Shown here: positions 49,573 to 54,063 of the stretch, piece after piece
Numbering within the stretch: the stretch's first letter is position 1
Layout of the letters: each line of letters starts with the position of its first letter
The notes under the pieces: model-generated
What the model was told of the DNA's origin: nothing
The model's database searches: none
The model's input: only the letters and a program-made list of their open reading frames with translations
Origin: Chara braunii
Taxonomy: Eukaryota > Plantae > Charophyceae
Length of the DNA stretch: 54,063 nt
Reading direction: 5' to 3'
Assembly (NCBI GenBank): GCA_003427395.1
Contig: BFEA01000030.1
Coordinates: 2,960,860 to 3,014,922, forward strand
Made by a program: the position numbers and the translations under genes

Positions 49573-51407
49573 GGTTGATGAAGCTGATGAGAATGAAGAC
49601 CTTTTCTCCTCCCCCCCCCAACCCCTCCTACTTTTCACGCTGACACTTCACTGCCTCCGATGAACAGAAGTGCCATGATTAAGAGCAGTCCTCATCAGCC
49701 CCAACTAGGGTCAGACCCACTCCTCCCATTCTCCCTACAAGGCATACAACTCCCTCAAATGTATGCCTCAATCAAACCCTTGTCACAATCTGCCACCGCT
49801 GGGATATAATCCCAGCCCCAGATTAGTACAATCCCTAAAATCTGCCCTCGCTCCCTACGGGGCAATCACCTCCCGCCTTGTGATGCCCCTGGAGAGGAAG
49901 GCTCTCCCCCAACTGACCATCTCGCCTGAACCAAATCATTAGTTAACGAAGGAAGAGTTAGAAAAGAGGAAAGAAAACTCCATGAAGATGACAAGTGATG
50001 ATGACAGCAAGAAGTGCCATAGGATGAAGAGACGAATGAATAGGAAGACCCACCGCACCCTGATGATGTCAACAATCAACGTGAAGATGGCGAGAAGCGC
50101 CATGCAGAATGATTGATTTTACGACGCCCTAGAAGAGCGCGATGATGACGGCAGTGCACTGCACAATGAAGAGTTTTAACGCCATTGTGCTATTCAACGC
50201 ACAGCAGCATGATGAAGATCATGACGATAATGATTACATTCATTGACAAGTGACGCTGATGGCATCGTAGGGGACAAAAATGCTGATGAAGAAAATAACC
50301 GCCCAGCAGCAATACTGTGATGATGATAACCTGCAAGAGACAGAACAAACAATAGAGCAAGGAAACAACCTGATGAAGAGCAGCTCCCCCAATGATGACC
50401 TCCCTGATGAAGAGCAGCTCCCCTAATGATGACCTCCCTGATGAAGAACAGCTGTATCCCAGATGATGACCTCCCTGTTGATAATGATGGCCAGTGCTGT
50501 GATGATGCTGACGAATAGCTCCCTGGTGATCTCCCTCCACACACTCCAATCGTATAATAACCCTCGCACTTTGGTTAACCAAGGGCTAACTCCACCCTAC
50601 TCCACCGGCGTCGACGTAACCAACACCGCCAAGGCTCTATGCCACGTGCAAGAACGCAGCTGCGACAATGGAGCTTCAATGTGCAACTCGTGGAAATCCC
50701 AGAAGCCAGATCGTCTGCCACATCAGCCTGTGACGTGGCGTGATCAAGCACCTCTGGTCCCCACGCGTACTCTAAGCATTGGAATGTAGGAAGACAACCA
50801 CCATATCTGACCATCTCACTCAACAGTGCCCACAGCAGCTCAGCGCTCGCACTTGCGCATGTGCCAGTCACCCTGTGCCAGTGCAGCACCTGCCCTCGCA
50901 TGGCGCTAGCGCAGTGCGAGCGGCAGCAGCGCACGCGACATTCGCTTGCGCCAGCAGCGCTGCTGCCTTGCGCTCCATTGTCCCGCATCTGTTGAGCACT
51001 ATTGCCACCTTTGGTCCCCCCGATCTTCTATGGTACCCCCGATCTTCTTCTTCTTCTGCTGCTGCTGCTGCTGCTGCTTTTTTTCTTTTTTTCTTTTTTA
51101 TTTATGCCCAGGTTGTTGTAGAGTTTAGATTTCTAGACATGTGAGGGGTGCCTTCGGCACTTGGCCATGCGGTATTCCTATGGAACTTCCCTTCCAACCT
51201 ACCACTTTTGTAGTTTTCCCCCGGCACACCTCTACTCCCACGGTCCTACCTTATCCACTAAGGACCATCCCCTTACAGTCTATTACAGACGGAGGTGACC
51301 TGACCGGAGAGTCGTCGTGGATACCCGACTATACCAAACAACATGAAGCATACTGAAACCCACTATTTTGGCTTTTCCTTCTTGGGGGGAGGGGGAGGAG
51401 GGGGAAA

Positions 51408-51531
51408 CTTCATGTTCAGGGAGATCGGCTTAATGGGGTGATAAGAGCATCCCCCTTAAGCAGATCCTTGTTGTGAAGGCTTCATCTATTGGTGGGGAGC
51501 TGCACCTGCTGGAAATGGGGTCCAGCGTCCC
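51408..51531 (-). mobile_element. LINE 3' end (core and hairpin variant D)
   Basis: Core at 51479-51531; hairpin at 51408-51478. Confidence 0.7.
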
Positions 51532-51881
51532 TGTACAATACAAGAGGCATGTCAATACCAGAGCTATGGCATGGGTTGTGTGGTGTGTGCCTTGCTGAAA
51601 CTGCTAGTGCAGTCGTATCTGACCACTGTGTGTACAGTGTCTGTGTTCCAGTGCGGCAGAGGCATTGATTACTTCCCAAAATTAGGGAAGGATTGACCTC
51701 CTGCCTTCCCTTGTACAGTTATTTTTCGCTTTCTTTACATTTGCTTTTTTTGGGTTTTCTCTTTCCCCTTTAATTTTTCTTGCAGTTCCCCTTTTACTGT
51801 GCATCTCATGTACTCGTTGATCGTGGTTGAGTGCGAGCTGCCCACGTTCCCGTGTGCCATGACAGCCGACTTGCACGCCTA

Positions 51882-51914
<33 letters not shown>

Positions 51915-51946
51915 AGTGTACGGCCCATGCCCCCTAATAGCGTTAC

Positions 51947-52397
51947 AGGCCACCGCCGACTGTTTAGCACTGCTTAGGGGTGCTCGCTTTGTCCCACAGA
52001 GAGTACTTNNNNNNNNNNNNNNNNNNNNNNNNNNNNNNNNNNNNNNNNNNNNNNNNNNNNNNNNNNNNNNNNNNNNNNNNNNNNNNNNNNNNNNNNNNNN
52101 NNNNNNNNNNNNNNNNNNNNNNNNNNNNNNNNNNNNNNNNNNNNNNNNNNNNNNNNNNNNNNNNNNNNNNNNNNNNNNNNNNNNNNNNNNNNNNNNNNNN
52201 NNNNNNNNNNNNNNNNNNNNNNNNNNNNNNNNNNNNNNNNNNNNNNNNNNNNNNNNNNNNNNNNNNNNNNNNNAGGCCACCGCCGACTGTTTAGCACTGC
52301 TTAGGGGTGCTCGCTTTGTCCCACAGAGAGTACTTGGAACAAAACAGGAAATTCCCGGCCTCCCTTTTATTGTTTGGTATAATGAAAGGGATATTTT

Positions 52398-52431
<34 letters not shown>

Positions 52432-52650
52432 TATACACCTAAACCTGATTGTGTGTGTCCTGCCGACTGTTTAGCACTGCTTAGGGGTGCTCTCTTGGTC
52501 CCACAGAGAGTACTTAGAACAAAACTGGAGAAAGGACATAGAAGAGCAAACTTTAAGAAGAAGTCCGTAGGGGTGCTCTCTTGGTCCCACAGAGAGTACT
52601 CAGAACAAAACTGGAGAAAGGACATAGAAGAGCAAACTTTAAGAAGAAGT
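51947..52650. repeat. Local direct repeats (…TAGGGGTGCTC…GTCCCACAGAGAGTACT…), four copies
   Basis: Copies near 51947, 52274, 52462 and 52568; two of them flank an N gap. Confidence 0.75.
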
Positions 52651-52761
52651 ACGTACCTAAAACTGTGTGTGTGTGTGTGTGTGTGGAGAGAGGGGGGGGA
52701 AGCGGAGGGGGGTTACAATGCCCCACGACATGCTATACCATGTTACCCCAGGACGAGATGT

Positions 52762-52915
52762 GTGGTATAGCAGAGTTGGTTGAGCGCGTGGCTTAGGGTG
52801 TGGGTTGGAATCTTCGAGCCTGCACTCTGGTGCGCTGTACTGGATATTGGTATTTTGCAATATTCACCGTTGTGGCTTAGGGTCTGAGTTTGAATCTTCG
52901 GGCCTGCACTCCGGT
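52762..52915 (+). other. Possible tRNA-derived SINE head with a duplicated B-box region
   Basis: A-box-like TAGCAGAGTTGG at 52768-52779; B-box-like GGTTGGAATC at 52803 and AGTTTGAATC near 52887. Confidence 0.3.
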
Positions 52916-53574
52916 GTGATGTTCTCAATATTCATATTGTGGATTCACTCCGCAGAGCTTAAGGCCATTCACACAGTGTGTTTGCACTGCAGCCTAGATG
53001 GATTGGGTGCCTGTGTGTTCACTTCCACACGTTGCGTGTTTGAGTTTTGCCACGCTCTGTGGGGCACCTGTGGCGCATGGTGCAGGCTGCTGGGCCGTGC
53101 AGTCCAGGCGTTAGACGTCGAAATACACCCGTTCTTCAGGGACCCAGGCTGCAGGTTCCATCCCTGCCATGCCCAAGTGGATGCTTAGGGGCAGGCTGCC
53201 GGTTCCCTGTTCGAGCCTAGATGCATGGTACTCGGTCGACCTGGGGGGTCCTGAGCCCGCTGTCCGGTGCCAGGATAAGTTTGCCAAAAAAAAAAAAAGG
53301 TTGCAGCTGGCACCGGTCTGGAGCATCTACGGTTGGCTGGCTCGGATTAGATCTGTGCCTGCTGTCTGCGACCCAGCAGCTGCGCTACAGTGCATTCCCC
53401 TACTAAGGTCAGGCACCCCTTCGGGGGATGGCCCAGTAAATTTTACCCATGGGGGGTAGCAGTTCTTGATCAGAATGGAAGGACTGCTTGCATCACCTCA
53501 GGGGGACCAAGGGTGATGCCTGTGCGACTGGATACCGTAAAGGTCTCCCGGTGCGGGATACTCTCGGCCATTAA

Positions 53575-53717
53575 ACCACCAGTACTTGGGCGACGCCTTA
53601 GCGTTAACGCTACGCGATTTCCGCGGCCGGCGGGCCGTCGATAAATCGAATCGACAGCCTGCGCTGCTTCGAGATTTGGGCGGCCGGCGCGGCGCGCAGT
53701 GCCCAAGTACTGGTGGT
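53575..53717. mobile_element. 143-bp TTAA-flanked MITE, same family as 27336-28315
   Basis: TTAA at 53571-53574 and 53718-53721; perfect 17-bp TIR ACCACCAGTACTTGGGC. Confidence 0.88.
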
Positions 53718-54063
53718 TTAACCCTGAGGTGAGGCAGATTGGTACCCGCACTCTTGAGGTGAAATGCCAACTGCCCTACCCTGAGCGTCTATACAACTTC
53801 ACAAAAGACAAAACAAAACAAAAAACAACACAAAAACTAATCCAACCTCGCATGCTCTTCCGTGCCCAAGATTGCAACTGGTACAAGCAGAAACACAGAG
53901 CACGCAACGGTACACTGTTTCCTCACACTTGCATTGACTCACCAGGAGGCTGAACCCTCAACAGTCTCAATTTTTTTTTATTATTATTATTATTTTTTTT
54001 TGGACAACATTACCCTGTCGGGGATTGTACTAATGGAGATTTCAATCAGAAGGGAAAAAAAAA

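Noticed and set aside
49100-50600. Acidic and proline-rich low-complexity ORFs (possible L1 ORF1 remnant)
   Set aside because: No diagnostic motif and many stops
28857-51531. Repeated core read as a CRISPR array or a known ribozyme (HDV, twister, pistol)
   Set aside because: Copies are dispersed on both strands with A-tails, and the diagnostic catalytic motifs and pairings are absent
51947-52335. Identical 62-bp sequences on either side of an N gap
   Set aside because: May be a scaffolding overlap artefact; ORFs spanning N gaps were likewise ignored

Overview
This is a eukaryotic, repeat-saturated window with several N-gaps and no host gene that I can support. The U6 copy and the tRNA-Asp primer-binding site are plant-type. 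The overall style suggests a streptophyte, possibly a charophyte alga such as Chara, but that is inference only. LEFT HALF (1-27.1 kb): a decayed minus-strand Ty3/Gypsy element (element A) with gag-PR-RT-RH-IN and an extra upstream ORF showing Nudix-like motifs. Its 3' LTR is split by a complete 12.1-kb LTR element (element B) with 2.7-kb LTRs, a tRNA-Asp PBS, gag plus an extra ORF, no pol and no purine-rich PPT. A U6 snRNA retrocopy with a target-site duplication (TSD) lies at about 1 kb. RIGHT HALF (27-54 kb): 5'-truncated L1/Tx1-type LINEs, two MITE families (TTAA-flanked, and AAC-ended with 4-bp TSDs), tRNA-like heads and simple repeats. The strongest signal is a ~53-nt RNA module (stem-loop plus H-type pseudoknot) present about 14 times at LINE 3' ends. 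It shows compensatory base changes and is often followed by a sequence-variable long hairpin that keeps a CUCYUA loop.
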